DNA from: an uncultured Gemmatimonadales bacterium | GTDB taxonomy: Bacteria > Gemmatimonadota > Gemmatimonadetes > Gemmatimonadales > Gemmatimonadaceae | NCBI GenBank assembly: GCA_963707505.1 | Contig: CAVPQB010000004.1 | Location: forward strand, 1,120,001-1,184,000 | Reading direction: 5' to 3' | DNA length: 64,000 nucleotides | In this document: positions 1 to 10,557 of the stretch, piece after piece | Layout of the letters: every line of letters begins with the position of its first letter | How positions within the stretch are numbered: position 1 is the stretch's first letter | The notes under the pieces: model-generated | The model's input: the letters and a program-made list of their open reading frames with translations, nothing else | Databases searched by the model: none | What the model was told of the DNA's origin: nothing | Position numbers and translations under genes: made by a program

Positions 1-1
1 G

Positions 2-559
2 TCGGCGCTGCACAAGAGTCTTCGCGGGAGCGATCCCAACGCAGCGCTGTACTGGGCGGCGCGAATGATCGAAGGCGGGGAGGACCCGATGACTATCTTC
101 CGACGGTCGATCGCAATGGCTGCGGAAGACATCGGTGTCGCTGATCCGCAGGCACTGCAGCTCGCAGTTGCCGCGCGAAGCGCGTATCACGTCCTCGGAC
201 CGCCGGAAGGTTACCTGCCGCTGGCCGAGATGCTGGTCTATCTCGCGACCGCGCCAAAATCAAATTCGGCGTACCGGGCGCTCGGCGCAGCGATGGACGC
301 CGCGCGCGAAACGCCGGGTGAAGGTCCGCCGATGAACATCCGCAATGCTCCTACAAAGTTGATGAAGGAGCTCGGTTATCATGCCGGCTACAAGTATGCG
401 CACGACAGCGAGGATGCGTACATCCCGCAGGAATATCTCCCCGAGAAATTGCGCGGGTCAGTCTTCTATCAACCCGGCCCGTTCGGATTCGAGCGCGACA
501 TCGCGAAACGTCTTGCCTGGTGGGATGAGCTGAAGAAAAAGGCTCAGGATGGCGAATAG
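2..559 (+). CDS. rarA: Replication-associated recombination protein A (MgsA/RarA), C-terminal part; begins before the window
   Basis: Frame from nt 2 reads SALHKSLRGSDPNAALYW..EDIGVADP..APKSNS..LGYHAGYKYAHD, typical of the MgsA C-terminal domain. Confidence 0.93.
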   Translation, partial: SALHKSLRGSDPNAALYWAARMIEGGEDPMTIFRRSIAMAAEDIGVADPQALQLAVAARSAYHVLGPPEGYLPLAEMLVYLATAPKSNSAYRALGAAMDAARETPGEGPPMNIRNAPTKLMKELGYHAGYKYAHDSEDAYIPQEYLPEKLRGSVFYQPGPFGFERDIAKRLAWWDELKKKAQDGE

Positions 560-1683
560 TGTTTGGTGGGGCGCTTTTCTTCCAGCGCCTTGACTATTCG
601 CTCCGCTGCGTGGCCGTCCCACCCAGCGGGACGCGGCGGTGTTGCCTGAGCAACCGCCGCAACAGAGTCAGCGTATGCACCCAGTATCCCGCGCGGCGTT
701 AGCGGCCACGGTGCCATGTGGTTGGTGCCATGCGTGATCGTGACGGGCCGCTCGGTCTGCTCGCGCAATGTGACGCACGGAACTCCGAGTGCGGTCGTCT
801 CCTCCTGGATGCCGCCTGAATCCGTGAGCACACATTGGGCTCCATCGGTCAGCGCAAGCATCTGAGTGTATCCGAGCGGCTCCAGCACGGTAAGCGGAGT
901 GAGCTTCGGACCGAGATGGAACCGCTCGATGTTCTTGAGCGTGCGCGGATGCAGCGGCAGGACTACGGGCAGCGATTCCGCAACGAGTGCAAGCCCTTCG
1001 AGCACAGCCGCAAGCGCCGCTGGATCATCCACGTTGGACGGACGGTGCAGTGTCGCGGCGACGTAATGGCGCCGGCGCAGTCCGAGACGCTCCAGCGTGT
1101 TTGTCGCACGCGCTACAGGAAGCTGCAACATCAGCGTGTCGATCATCACGTTGCCGACGAACCGGATGTCGGCCTGGGAAATCCCTTCGGCGATGAGATT
1201 CGCCGCGGCATCTTCCGATGGTGTGAGCAGCAAGTCAGCAAGCCGGTCCGTCACGACGCGATTAATTTCTTCCGGCATGCGCCAGTCTCGGCTGCGCAGC
1301 CCGGCCTCGACGTGCGCGATGTGGGCGTGCGTCTCGGTGCGTACCTTGGACGCAACGAGTGTCGCCGCCATCGTGGAGTTGACGTCACCCACGACGACGA
1401 CCCACTGCGGATGTACCTTCATCAGGACGGGCTCGAACGCCTCCATGATCCTGGCGGTCTGTACCGCATGACTCGCGGTGCCGACGCCGAGATGGAAGTC
1501 GGGCGTCTTTATCCCAAGCTCCTTGAAGAAGGTGTCGGACATCGCGGCGTCATAATGCTGGCCCGTGTGGACCAGGATCGCCTCGTGGCCGGCCGCTTCC
1601 AGTGCGCGCAGAATTGGGGCAACCTTCATGAAGTTGGGGCGGGCGCCCGCAACGACGAGAACTTTCATGTGATCAGTTGGCAT
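544..1683 (-). CDS. wecB: UDP-N-acetylglucosamine 2-epimerase (non-hydrolysing); start 1683 or 1668
   Basis: GARPNFMK, HTGQHYD, HVEAGLRS, PEEINR, TDSGGIQEE motifs. Confidence 0.93.
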   Translation of the reverse strand: MPTDHMKVLVVAGARPNFMKVAPILRALEAAGHEAILVHTGQHYDAAMSDTFFKELGIKTPDFHLGVGTASHAVQTARIMEAFEPVLMKVHPQWVVVVGDVNSTMAATLVASKVRTETHAHIAHVEAGLRSRDWRMPEEINRVVTDRLADLLLTPSEDAAANLIAEGISQADIRFVGNVMIDTLMLQLPVARATNTLERLGLRRRHYVAATLHRPSNVDDPAALAAVLEGLALVAESLPVVLPLHPRTLKNIERFHLGPKLTPLTVLEPLGYTQMLALTDGAQCVLTDSGGIQEETTALGVPCVTLREQTERPVTITHGTNHMAPWPLTPRGILGAYADSVAAVAQATPPRPAGWDGHAAERIVKALEEKRPTKHYSPS

Positions 1684-1758
1684 TATGAGGGGTAAAGCTA
1701 GACATCCAGCAGGCATTGTCCAACCGGCGGCACCTTCCGTGCAGGAGACACTCGGACC

Positions 1759-2223
1759 ATGAAGAAAACATTTGTGATATCAGCTGTAGCGGCGCTTGCC
1801 GGATGCGCGTCGCTTGGGGTGGGCGGGTTCAAACAACCGATAGTCAACTTCAATGACCTCCAGGTAGAAGGTGTCGGCACCAAGGGGGGAACGGTTGACG
1901 TTGTGCTCAGCGTCTACAACCCCAACGGTTACCGCCTGGACGCCACTCAGCTCACGTACAAGCTGCTCGTCGATACGAGCTCCGTGGGCGATGGCGTTTA
2001 CAACACCAAGTTCACGGTTCAGAGCGGCGATTCCGCGATTGTTCGTCTCCCGGTCCATCTCAGCTACGCCGGCCTGGCCGCTGCGGCGAAGCAGTTGCAG
2101 GAAAACGGATCTGTCAACTATCGGGTGATCGGCGACGTGACTGTCGCAACGCCAGTCGGTAACTTCACGAAGCCCTACGACCAGACGGGCCGTTTCTCAA
2201 CCTTGTCGGGGATCAAGCACTAG
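1759..2223 (+). CDS. LEA type 2 (WHy domain) lipoprotein
   Basis: Lipobox LAGC after MKK signal; VYNPN motif; AGGAG RBS at 1743-1747. Confidence 0.8.
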   Translation: MKKTFVISAVAALAGCASLGVGGFKQPIVNFNDLQVEGVGTKGGTVDVVLSVYNPNGYRLDATQLTYKLLVDTSSVGDGVYNTKFTVQSGDSAIVRLPVHLSYAGLAAAAKQLQENGSVNYRVIGDVTVATPVGNFTKPYDQTGRFSTLSGIKH

Positions 2224-2226
2224 AGA

Positions 2227-3516
2227 TTGCCAAAAGAACTGATTGATCTGATCGCTCCGATCGAGCGCGCGCTCCTGATAGGGGCGCCGCGCAAGGGGCG
2301 CAGTGCCAAACACCGGACAGCCGAGCACCTCGAGGAGCTGGCCCGGCTCGCGGATACCGCGGGTGCCGAAGTCGTTGGCGAAGTCGTGCAGCAGATCGAG
2401 CGCCCCAATCCCGCGACATACCTCGGCAAGGGAAAGGTCGAGGAGTTGACACAGACGATCGCGGATATGGATGCGACGCTGCTCCTGTTCGACGACGAGC
2501 TGAGTCCCTCACAGGGAAAGAACATCGAGGACATCACGGGCAAGCGCGTGATGGACCGCGCCGAGCTGATACTGGACATTTTCGCGACGCGCGCGCGCAG
2601 CGCCGAGGCGAAGATGCAGGTTGAGCTCGCTCAGCTTCAGTACATGTTGCCGCGGCTTACGCGCATGTGGGCCCACCTCGAGAAATTCCGCGGCGGTATC
2701 GGCGTCCGCGGTCCCGGTGAAACACAGCTGGAGACCGACCGTCGGCTGATCAACCATCGCATCAAGGTGCTTACGCAGCGGCTGACGGAAGTTCAGAAGT
2801 CGCGTGAGGTGCAACGCGGCTCGCGCCGCGGAGAGTTTCAGGCAAGCCTCGTCGGGTATACCAACGCCGGCAAGTCGTCGATCCTGCGTGCGCTCGCGAG
2901 CGACAACAGCATCTTTGTGGAGAACCGGTTGTTCGCGACGCTCGATCCGCTTACTCGTGAGGTCGAGCTTGCGGACGGCGAGGAGATATTGCTTACCGAT
3001 ACGGTCGGCTTCGTGCGCAAGCTGCCGCACCAGCTGGTCGCGAGCTTTCGTGCGACGCTCGAAGAAGTGCTCGAGGCAGATGTGCTGCTGCACGTAATCG
3101 ACATTTCCGATCCGCTGTGGGAAGAGCACCGTGCAGTGGTAGTGGAGGTGTTGTCCGAGCTTGGCGCGAATCACAAGCCCGTGATCAACGTCTTCAACAA
3201 ATCCGACCTGCTTCCGCCGGACGTTCTGGAGGCACTGCGCGAGCGTATCGCCAATCTCATTCCAGATGCCGTTTTCGCGAGTGCAGAAACCGACGGCGGT
3301 CTCGATGCGCTCAAGCGCGCGGTGCTGCGGCGCCTCCGCGCGGAGCGCAGAGTCGTGGAGCTGCGGGTGCCGTTATCCGATGGCCGCTTGCTCGCGGAGC
3401 TGCACCGCAATGGCGATGTTCTGGCGCAGCGAACGGACGGAGACGAGATGATCGTCTCGGTCAGGCTGACACAGGAAGCACTGGGGCGACTCGGCGCCCG
3501 CGCGGTCGCCGTGTAA
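2227..3516 (+). CDS. hflX: Ribosome-splitting GTPase HflX
   Basis: GPGETQLETDRR, GYTNAGKS, LFATLDP, DTVGF, NKSD motifs. Confidence 0.96.
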   Translation: MPKELIDLIAPIERALLIGAPRKGRSAKHRTAEHLEELARLADTAGAEVVGEVVQQIERPNPATYLGKGKVEELTQTIADMDATLLLFDDELSPSQGKNIEDITGKRVMDRAELILDIFATRARSAEAKMQVELAQLQYMLPRLTRMWAHLEKFRGGIGVRGPGETQLETDRRLINHRIKVLTQRLTEVQKSREVQRGSRRGEFQASLVGYTNAGKSSILRALASDNSIFVENRLFATLDPLTREVELADGEEILLTDTVGFVRKLPHQLVASFRATLEEVLEADVLLHVIDISDPLWEEHRAVVVEVLSELGANHKPVINVFNKSDLLPPDVLEALRERIANLIPDAVFASAETDGGLDALKRAVLRRLRAERRVVELRVPLSDGRLLAELHRNGDVLAQRTDGDEMIVSVRLTQEALGRLGARAVAV

Positions 3517-5924
3517 ACGGCGGCCATACGGACTACGTCGGGCGTATCCGTGCAATCTGCTGCGCCGCCGCGGGCGCATGTGCCGGCGTGTCCTCGTTAT
3601 CGGCGCAGATAGTACGCGGAACCGCACGCGTCGAAGAAGATAAGCTTGGATCGGCCCAAACTACGATTGCCCTTGTCGATACACTCGGCGCGATCGTTGC
3701 CGGTACTACTACCGGTGAAACAGGAGCATATCTCCTGCACGCGCCGCACGCCGGAACATATCGTGTGCGTGCACGCAGAATTGGATTCATGCCGGATTCG
3801 TCATCCGCGATGGTTGTCGCGAGTGGCGCGACTGTGACGTTCGATCCATCGATGCAGCGGCTTCGAGCTCAACTCTCCGAGGTTCGGGTGCAGGAGTCGC
3901 GACGGTGCGTCCTTGCACCAGAAGCTGGCGAGCAGACGCTGCGGCTATGGCAGGAAGCACAGAATGCGCTCTCCGGTGCGGCAGTGAACACCGTGAGTGG
4001 CACGAATTCGTTCGTGCTCAATCGGTTTCAGCGCGAGCTCGACAGTCGGGGAAAGCGTGTGATCAGATCGACACGCTGGCGGCTGCCAGCGTACGCATCC
4101 GAGACTTACGCAAGTATTTCTGCGGATTCACTCGCGGCGGAAGGGTTCGTGAAGATGGCAGGAAGCGCCGCAATCTATTACGCGCCAGACGCGCGCACGC
4201 TGCTCTCGGAATCCTTTGCGCGGACGCACTGCTTGCGTCCGGTTGCGGGAGCGGCCGGATCAGATTCCGTTGGGCTCGCGTTCGAGCCTGTAGGGCATGA
4301 CCATCGCACCGAAGTTGCCGGGACGTTATGGCTCGCGCGCTCGACCGGCAAGTTGATGTATCTGGAGTTCCGGTACGTCGATGCGGCGGATCGTAGCGAA
4401 GGTGCAGATGAAATGGTGCCCCATGCCACGGGCCGCGTCGACTATCGAGAGCTTCCAGGCGGAGCATGGATCATCAGCAGCTGGGTGATCAGGGCGCCGT
4501 TGATACGTGTGACTGCCGCGCGCACGGAGACGACGCCGTTCGGGTCATACAGGACTGAGCCGGTATCATCGGTATCCGGCTGGTGGGAATTCGGCGGTGA
4601 CGTTGCCGATGTCACGACCGCGCAATCCAGTAATCCACCTGGATCGTTCGCGCCGAAATCGGGTTCGCTCCGCGGCACTCTTGTCGACAGTACCGCGCAT
4701 GAGGGGGTCGCAGGGGTGGATGCGAGTGTTCAGAGTGTTGGTTCACAAAAGATTGTGGCGCGCACCGTTACCGATTCCGCGGGTCACTTTGCTTTTGATA
4801 GCTTGCTCGCTGGCGAGTACGTACTCCGGTTCGCGGCGCCACGTCTTGACACGCTCGGTACGGCGATACCGTCTGCGTCGTTCTCGATCATTCCCGAGCA
4901 GCAGTTGACATTGACCACGACGGTGCCACCGTCGGAAATCAACCGTGCGTGTCCCGCGCAGCAGCCGGAGCAACGCATCGTTCACGGTGCCATTCGCGAT
5001 AGTGTGACCGGCTCGGCTCTATCGTCAGTGTCCGTTCGCATGACGTGGATTGCGCGAGCGTCGGAGAGTGGAAGCAGGTTTGTGGTGCAAGCGTCGGAGG
5101 TCGCGGCGGTTACTGATAACACTGGCCACTATGTCTTGTGCGGTTTACCCACCGATCGCATACTGACGGCGACGATAACGGAAAAGGGAATGCGCCCCAT
5201 GCGGATTGTCATTCCGGCGCACACCGACGGGGTGGTTCTCAGGAACGTGGAGATTGCCGCTCGGGGAAGCGATTTTGGCTCCGTCACCGGCACTGCACGG
5301 GGGCCCGGCGGATCCGGAGTAGTTGCTGCTGAAGTGTCGTTGTTGGACGATCTCGAAAAGCGTGCGTACACGGACTCCGTCGGCGCTTTCGAACTTTCCA
5401 ACGTACCTTCCGGGTTTCACATACTCAGAGTTCGTCGGTTGGGGTTCGCCCCTTCTGAGGTTCCGGTGCGCGTTACGGCGGGTGGTGTTACTCCGGCCAG
5501 CGTCGTGATGACCGCCGGTGCGTCGGTTCTGAGCAGGGTCACCGTCACGGCGCCGAGCGGCGAGACGGTCAATCTTCCCAGGGAAGTGGCACATCGTCTC
5601 ACCGCAGGACAGGGTTACTACATCCTTGCCGGTGATGTGAGGCTTCGCGACTCGCATAGTACGAGTGACGTGATTCGACGGCTTCAGGGAGTTACTGTAA
5701 CGGGCAACGTCGCAGTAAGCACGCGCGGGATAAACTCACTGCTAGCCGATCCCTGCCCACTAGGGATCCCCCTGTATGTGGATGGAGCGCCCACGGGCTA
5801 CAATAGCCTGGATGTCGTCGTGCCGTCCGAGATCGCCGCAATCGAGTTCTACCCGACAACCGCGTCCATGCCTCCCTCGATGCACCCGTCTCCGTGCGGC
5901 GCGATCATCATATGGACAAGGTGA
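3513..5924 (+). CDS. Secreted protein with several carboxypeptidase-regulatory-like Ig domains and a C-terminal TonB-plug-like domain, no barrel; start uncertain (in-frame GTG at 3588)
   Basis: Signal-like AAAGACAGVSSLSAQ; repeated TDSxGxF / VRRxGF modules; ends YVDG..IAAIEFY..CGAIIIWTR. Confidence 0.7.
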   Translation, partial: VNGGHTDYVGRIRAICCAAAGACAGVSSLSAQIVRGTARVEEDKLGSAQTTIALVDTLGAIVAGTTTGETGAYLLHAPHAGTYRVRARRIGFMPDSSSAMVVASGATVTFDPSMQRLRAQLSEVRVQESRRCVLAPEAGEQTLRLWQEAQNALSGAAVNTVSGTNSFVLNRFQRELDSRGKRVIRSTRWRLPAYASETYASISADSLAAEGFVKMAGSAAIYYAPDARTLLSESFARTHCLRPVAGAAGSDSVGLAFEPVGHDHRTEVAGTLWLARSTGKLMYLEFRYVDAADRSEGADEMVPHATGRVDYRELPGGAWIISSWVIRAPLIRVTAARTETTPFGSYRTEPVSSVSGWWEFGGDVADVTTAQSSNPPGSFAPKSGSLRGTLVDSTAHEGVAGVDASVQSVGSQKIVARTVTDSAGHFAFDSLLAGEYVLRFAAPRLDTLGTAIPSASFSIIPEQQLTLTTTVPPSEINRACPAQQPEQRIVHGAIRDSVTGSALSSVSVRMTWIARASESGSRFVVQASEVAAVTDNTGHYVLCGLPTDRILTATITEKGMRPMRIVIPAHTDGVVLRNVEIAARGSDFGSVTGTARGPGGSGVVAAEVSLLDDLEKRAYTDSVGAFELSNVPSGFHILRVRRLGFAPSEVPVRVTAGGVTPASVVMTAGASVLSRVTVTAPSGETVNLPREVAHRLTAGQGYYILAGDVRLRDSHSTSDVIRRLQGVTVTGNVAVSTRGINSLLADPCPLGIPLYVDGAPTGYNSLDVVVPSEIAAIEFYPTTASMPPSMHPSPCGAIIIWTR

Positions 5925-6070
5925 GTCGCTAGCACTCGTTGATGCGCGAAGCGTGAGAGCCATGTCGGCCGAACCACCCCGACCCAAGCACAACCGGGTT
6001 CAATCACGTATGATATCGGCGTGTTGATATCAGATAACCATTCGCCGCGCTTCCTCTTACAGCCACAGGC

Positions 6071-7659
6071 ATGACACTGGGACGCCATTCTCTCGTACTC
6101 GTCGCTGCGGCAGCGCTGTCAGCCGGCTCGTCGCGCATTTACGCGCAGCAGACTCCAGCACGCCAGCCACGCCGGCAGAGGCGGCGTGGTGGCATCACAT
6201 CACCGTGATCGCCAATGACAGCATGCACGGGCGCCGCACCGGAACCGCCGACTATGTGAAGGCCGCGCACTACGTCGCGGATCAATTTGCGTCGACGGGC
6301 CTGGAGCCAGGTGGCACCGACGGATTTTTTCAGACGGTACACCTCGCGGAAGCGCGCATTGTGCCGGAACGGTCGAGCATCGTGCTGCAAGCCGCAAGTA
6401 GCGCCGATACGCTCCCGCTTACCGTTCAACTCAAGCCATCGACGGTGTCGGAGGCTGCGGGGCCGATGGTCTTTGTGGGTTACGGACTGAATCTGCCCGG
6501 CGCGCACGACGATCTCGCCGGGGTCGATCTGCGCGGCAAGGTAGTGGTGTATCTCAACAGGATGCCGCAGGGACTGGGCGCAACGATGTTCGCGCACGGA
6601 CGCGCCTCTCGTTGGAGAGAGCTGCAACGGCTCGGCGCAGTCGCCGGTATCGCAATCGCCGATGCGCCGCCACCCGGTCGCACTCGTTCCACGCGTCCCG
6701 CTGGCCGCCCCGTGACTGGCCTCGCCGAAGATCCGGCAGAGCATGGTATTCTCGTGAACGTAGCGGCGGACGACGCCGAGCGAATATTCGCGGGATCGGG
6801 CCATACGTACGCCGAGATGATCGCGCTCGCCGACTCGAACAGGACGCTCCCGACGATCCAGCTCGGACCGAGCTTCCACGCCAGACTGCAAATCGAGCGG
6901 ACTCCGGTCGACGCGCCAAACGTCGTGGGAATCCTGCGAGGGAGCGATCCCAAGCTGCGCGACCAGTATCTGGTAGTGAGCGCGCATCTGGATCACCTGG
7001 GAGTCGGCCGGCCTGTAAATGGCGACAGCATCTACAACGGAGCGATAGACAACGCATCAGGCATCGCGACCCTGCTCGAGACCGCACGAGAATTTCACGA
7101 CAGGAAGATACGCGGCCGCCGGTCGGTCATTTTCCTCGCTGTCGCCGGCGAGGAAGAAGGCGAACTCGGCTCCGCCTATTTCGCTCTACATCCGACGGTG
7201 CCCGCAGGCCAGGTCGTGGCAGATCTGAATACCGACATGTACTTCCCAATCATTCCGTTCACCGGACTCTTCTCGTACGGCTGGGACGAATCCGATCTCG
7301 GCAAGGACATCTTGCCGGTATTGAAGGCGCACGGCATCGCCAACCTGGAAGATCCCGAGCCGGAACAGGTCCGCTTCATTCGAAGCGACCAGTACAGCTT
7401 CATCCAGCGCGGAATTCCGTCGCTGGCTTTCAAGGTCGGTTACACCAAGGGCTCACCCGAGATGAAGGTCGTGACGGATTGGGTGGCCAATCGCTACCAC
7501 AAGCCGTCGGACGATCTCGCGCAGCCGGTCGACTTCAGAACCGCGGTGTCGTTCGACTCGCTGTACTTCGACATCGTGCGAGCGGTTGCGGATCGCGAGA
7601 CGCGGCCAGCGTGGTACGAACGGAGCGTGTTTGCTTCCATTCCGAGAGCGGGCCAGTAG
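6071..7659 (+). CDS. M28 family metallopeptidase with PA domain; frame break near 6160 separates the signal peptide from the ORF at 6205
   Basis: ATG 6071 gives MTLGRHSLVLVAAAALSA signal; second frame WWHHITVIANDSMHGR..SAHLDHLG..GAIDNASG..GEEEGELGS..RSDQYSF..YHKPSD. Confidence 0.85.
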
Positions 7660-7799
7660 CTACGCCTAACGGCCGCTACGTGCCGGAACCCGGTACGTGC
7701 GTTATGCGTTGCCGCGTGCGTCAACGTGTCCTGGTCGCAGCTCCTCACCCCTAAGAAAGGAAACCGTTACCGCCACATGACTCTGCTCGTCGAATACCG

Positions 7800-8579
7800 A
7801 TGGGTGTAGCACGAGCTCTTGCCTTGATTGCGGGATTCCAGACAGCGCTGGTAAGCTGTGCTGGAAGTGCAATCGCACGGCGCGACGAATCGGCCGTCGC
7901 TATCTCGAGCCAGTCGGGCGGCCGCGTCGCGCTGCGCACCGACTCCGTGGCTTGCCGTTCGGGCGCAGCAGCGTCTGATAGCGGCGCGCCGCGAGTAGCG
8001 TTGCATGCCGTTGCGAGAAGTGAACGACGGCAATTTGCTCCGCGTTGGCCTGACGACTCGGCCCACGCTGTAACAGTCAGGATCGATCCCCCGAAAGCGC
8101 TTCCGGGTTGGAATCCGGCCTTTCGCACCGAAGTCGCGGCAGCCCTTCAGGCATGGGAGATTGCTGGCTCTCCCGTCACTTTTTCGCTGGTCGATGGGAA
8201 TGCCGACGCCGACGTGCGCATTCACTGGATCGACAAATTCGACGCGCGCTATGAGGGCTGGACTACCGTTTCGTGGAACGATACCGGCTGGCTCATCAAC
8301 GGTGACGTAACCCTGGCTCTTCACAGCCCGAAAGGTGAGCCACTGACGCCGAGCGAGCGTGCGCAGGTCGCGATGCACGAGATCGGGCACGTACTTGGCC
8401 TCAGCCACAGCAGCAGCTCCGCGTCGATTATGTCGCCGACGGTCCGCGTGAAGACAATCACAGCTCAGGACATCGAGACGCTTCGGTCGTTGTACATGTC
8501 GCCCGACGGGTCATCAATCGGGCAGACCATGGCGCAGGATGGTGTTTCGACCGACCGGTGCCCGGACACCAGGTCTTAG
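7800..8579 (+). CDS. Matrixin (M10) family zinc metalloprotease
   Basis: HEIGHVLGLSH zinc motif followed by Met-turn SIMSP. Confidence 0.82.
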   Translation: MGVARALALIAGFQTALVSCAGSAIARRDESAVAISSQSGGRVALRTDSVACRSGAAASDSGAPRVALHAVARSERRQFAPRWPDDSAHAVTVRIDPPKALPGWNPAFRTEVAAALQAWEIAGSPVTFSLVDGNADADVRIHWIDKFDARYEGWTTVSWNDTGWLINGDVTLALHSPKGEPLTPSERAQVAMHEIGHVLGLSHSSSSASIMSPTVRVKTITAQDIETLRSLYMSPDGSSIGQTMAQDGVSTDRCPDTRS

Positions 8580-8801
8580 CGCGCGAGTCGCGGAACCAGT
8601 CAGGCGCGAGCCGATGGATCGCATCCGCGTACTAGATAAGACCTGTAATATGTTGTGGTGACATATGTTACAGCGGGTCAGTTAATGTGATATGTGAGGT
8701 ATGTCTAAGGTGATCCGCCACCGGAGCGGGCCGAGATCGGCCGAAATAATCGCGCGTTTTTTATCCTCAGTTTTTTCGGTCGTCGTGTCGTAACTTACGG
8801 A

Positions 8802-9612
8802 ATGCAACTCGACCCAATCGATCCCGAGCTTCCCATCAACATTCGGGACGAGGATGCCGTCTCCGACGACGTTCCGAGCGACCGGAAGGTCAGGAAGAAA
8901 ACTGCGAAACGCCTGGCGAAGCTGACCACACTTCAGGCAAAGCTGTTTGGCGACGGAAGGTACGCCGTGCTTGTCGTTCTTCAGGGGCGCGACGCGTCGG
9001 GGAAGGACGGGACGATCCGGAAAGTGTTCGGTGCGTGCAATCCGCAGGGGTGCGCCGTCACCAGCTTCAAGGAGCCCACGCCGATCGAGCGCAGGCATGA
9101 CTTCCTCTGGCGCGTGCACAACGCCGTCCCGCCGCGCGGGATGATCGGGATCTTCAACCGGTCGCACTACGAGGACGTGCTTGCTGCGCGTGTCCACGGC
9201 ATCGTCGGAAAGCCGATCTGGATGTCCCGTTACGATCAGATCAACGACTTCGAGCGCATGCTGATCCAGAACAACGTGATAGTGCTCAAGTTCTTCCTGC
9301 ACGTCTCGCGGGCCGAGCAGCGGCGCCGGCTGCTCAAGCGTGTCGAGCGGGAAGACAAGAACTGGAAGTTCCGCGAGGCGCGATCTTGACGACCGGCGCG
9401 TCTGGGATGCATACACGGACGCGTATCACGACATGTTGCGTCGCACGTCGACGAAGGAAGCGCCGTGGTACATGGTTCCCGCCGACGACAAGAAGGTGCG
9501 CAATTACTTTGTTACGGGAACCGTGGTGCGTGCACTCAGGAAGCTCAAGCTACGTTATCCCGACGCGGATCCAAATGTTCTTCTCAGAGCGGAGCAGATA
9601 CTGACAGTATGA
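8802..9612 (+). CDS. ppk2: Polyphosphate kinase 2 family; +1 frame break near 9378
   Basis: QGRDASGKDG, FNRSHYEDV, KNWKF; second frame DLDDRRVWDAY..APWYMVPADDK. Confidence 0.9.
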
Positions 9613-10532
9613 CAGGCACAAAATCCACATACCGTCCTACCGCGGCCTTCATCGGCCTGGGCGCAATCGGTGCGCCGATCGCCCAGCACGTTGCTGCAAA
9701 CACCACATTGGCAGTCTGGAACCGTACTCGCGCAGTCGCTGCGGAGTTTGCCTCCGAGACGGGCGCCCGCGACGCCGAGTCGCCGGCGAGCGCCGCGGCG
9801 GGAGTGGACTTCCTGCTTACGTGCCTTCCCACATCTGCGCAGGTCGAGGAGGTGCTCTTCGGTGCCAATGGAGCGGCGCCGAGCCTCAAGTCGGGCGCGG
9901 TGGTGATCGATTGCACTTCTGGTGATCCTGCAACGTCGCGGAAGATTGCCGATCGTCTCGCACGCAGCGGTGTTGCGTTCATCGACGCACCGGTGAGTGG
10001 CGGCGTCTCCGGCGCAGTTGCCGGAAAGCTGACAGTGATGGTCGGCGGCGATGCGGCCGCGCTGGAGCGCGCCAGGCCGATTCTCGAGACGTTCGCGGCC
10101 AAGATCGTCCACTGCGGAGCGATTGGCGCTGGCGACGCTGTGAAGGCAGTCAACAATGCGCTGCTGGCGGTGCATGTCTGGTCAACAGCCGAGGGACTTT
10201 CGGCGCTCGCGAAGCTCGGTGTGGATCCGGCGGTGGCGCTCGACGTCATCAACTCGTCCAGTGGACGCTCCAATACTTCGATCAATCTCTTCCCGGAGCG
10301 GGTGCTCAATCGGAGCTTCCCGCGGACGTTCAGGCTGGCGCTGCTGGACAAGGACGTTGGAATTGCTGCTGGTATCGCCCGCGAGACAGGGACTCCGGCG
10401 CCGCTGCTGGATGAGACGTCCCGATTATTTGCCGAGGCACATCGTGAGTTGGGCGAGGATGCCGATCACGTCGAGGCGGTGAAGGTGGTCGAGCGGCGCG
10501 CCGGAACCACGATCGGCGGCCGAATCCAGTAG
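9609..10532 (+). CDS. 3-hydroxyisobutyrate dehydrogenase family NAD(P)-dependent oxidoreductase
   Basis: FIGLGAIG Rossmann motif, DAPVSGG, KAVNN catalytic motif. Confidence 0.88.
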   Translation: MTGTKSTYRPTAAFIGLGAIGAPIAQHVAANTTLAVWNRTRAVAAEFASETGARDAESPASAAAGVDFLLTCLPTSAQVEEVLFGANGAAPSLKSGAVVIDCTSGDPATSRKIADRLARSGVAFIDAPVSGGVSGAVAGKLTVMVGGDAAALERARPILETFAAKIVHCGAIGAGDAVKAVNNALLAVHVWSTAEGLSALAKLGVDPAVALDVINSSSGRSNTSINLFPERVLNRSFPRTFRLALLDKDVGIAAGIARETGTPAPLLDETSRLFAEAHRELGEDADHVEAVKVVERRAGTTIGGRIQ

Positions 10533-10557
10533 CCCGCATGGGCTATATTTGAGCCGG

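Noticed and set aside
835..1695. Long antisense or alternate-frame ORFs (also 6612-7754, 11886-13112, 38491-39984, 53085-54383)
   Set aside because: They shadow well-identified genes, have Arg/Ala-rich composition and no motifs; expected in high-GC DNA
1728..1743. Sigma54-like GG-N10-GC upstream of the LEA gene
   Set aside because: The predicted start site would fall downstream of the AGGAG RBS; likely chance in GC-rich DNA
3117..3512. N-terminal extension of the 935-aa ORF overlapping hflX
   Set aside because: Out-of-frame shadow of hflX; protein-like sequence begins only after the hflX stop
5929..5955. CIRCE-like half site CTAGCACTC
   Set aside because: No GAGTGCTAA arm after the 9-nt spacer and no chaperone gene downstream
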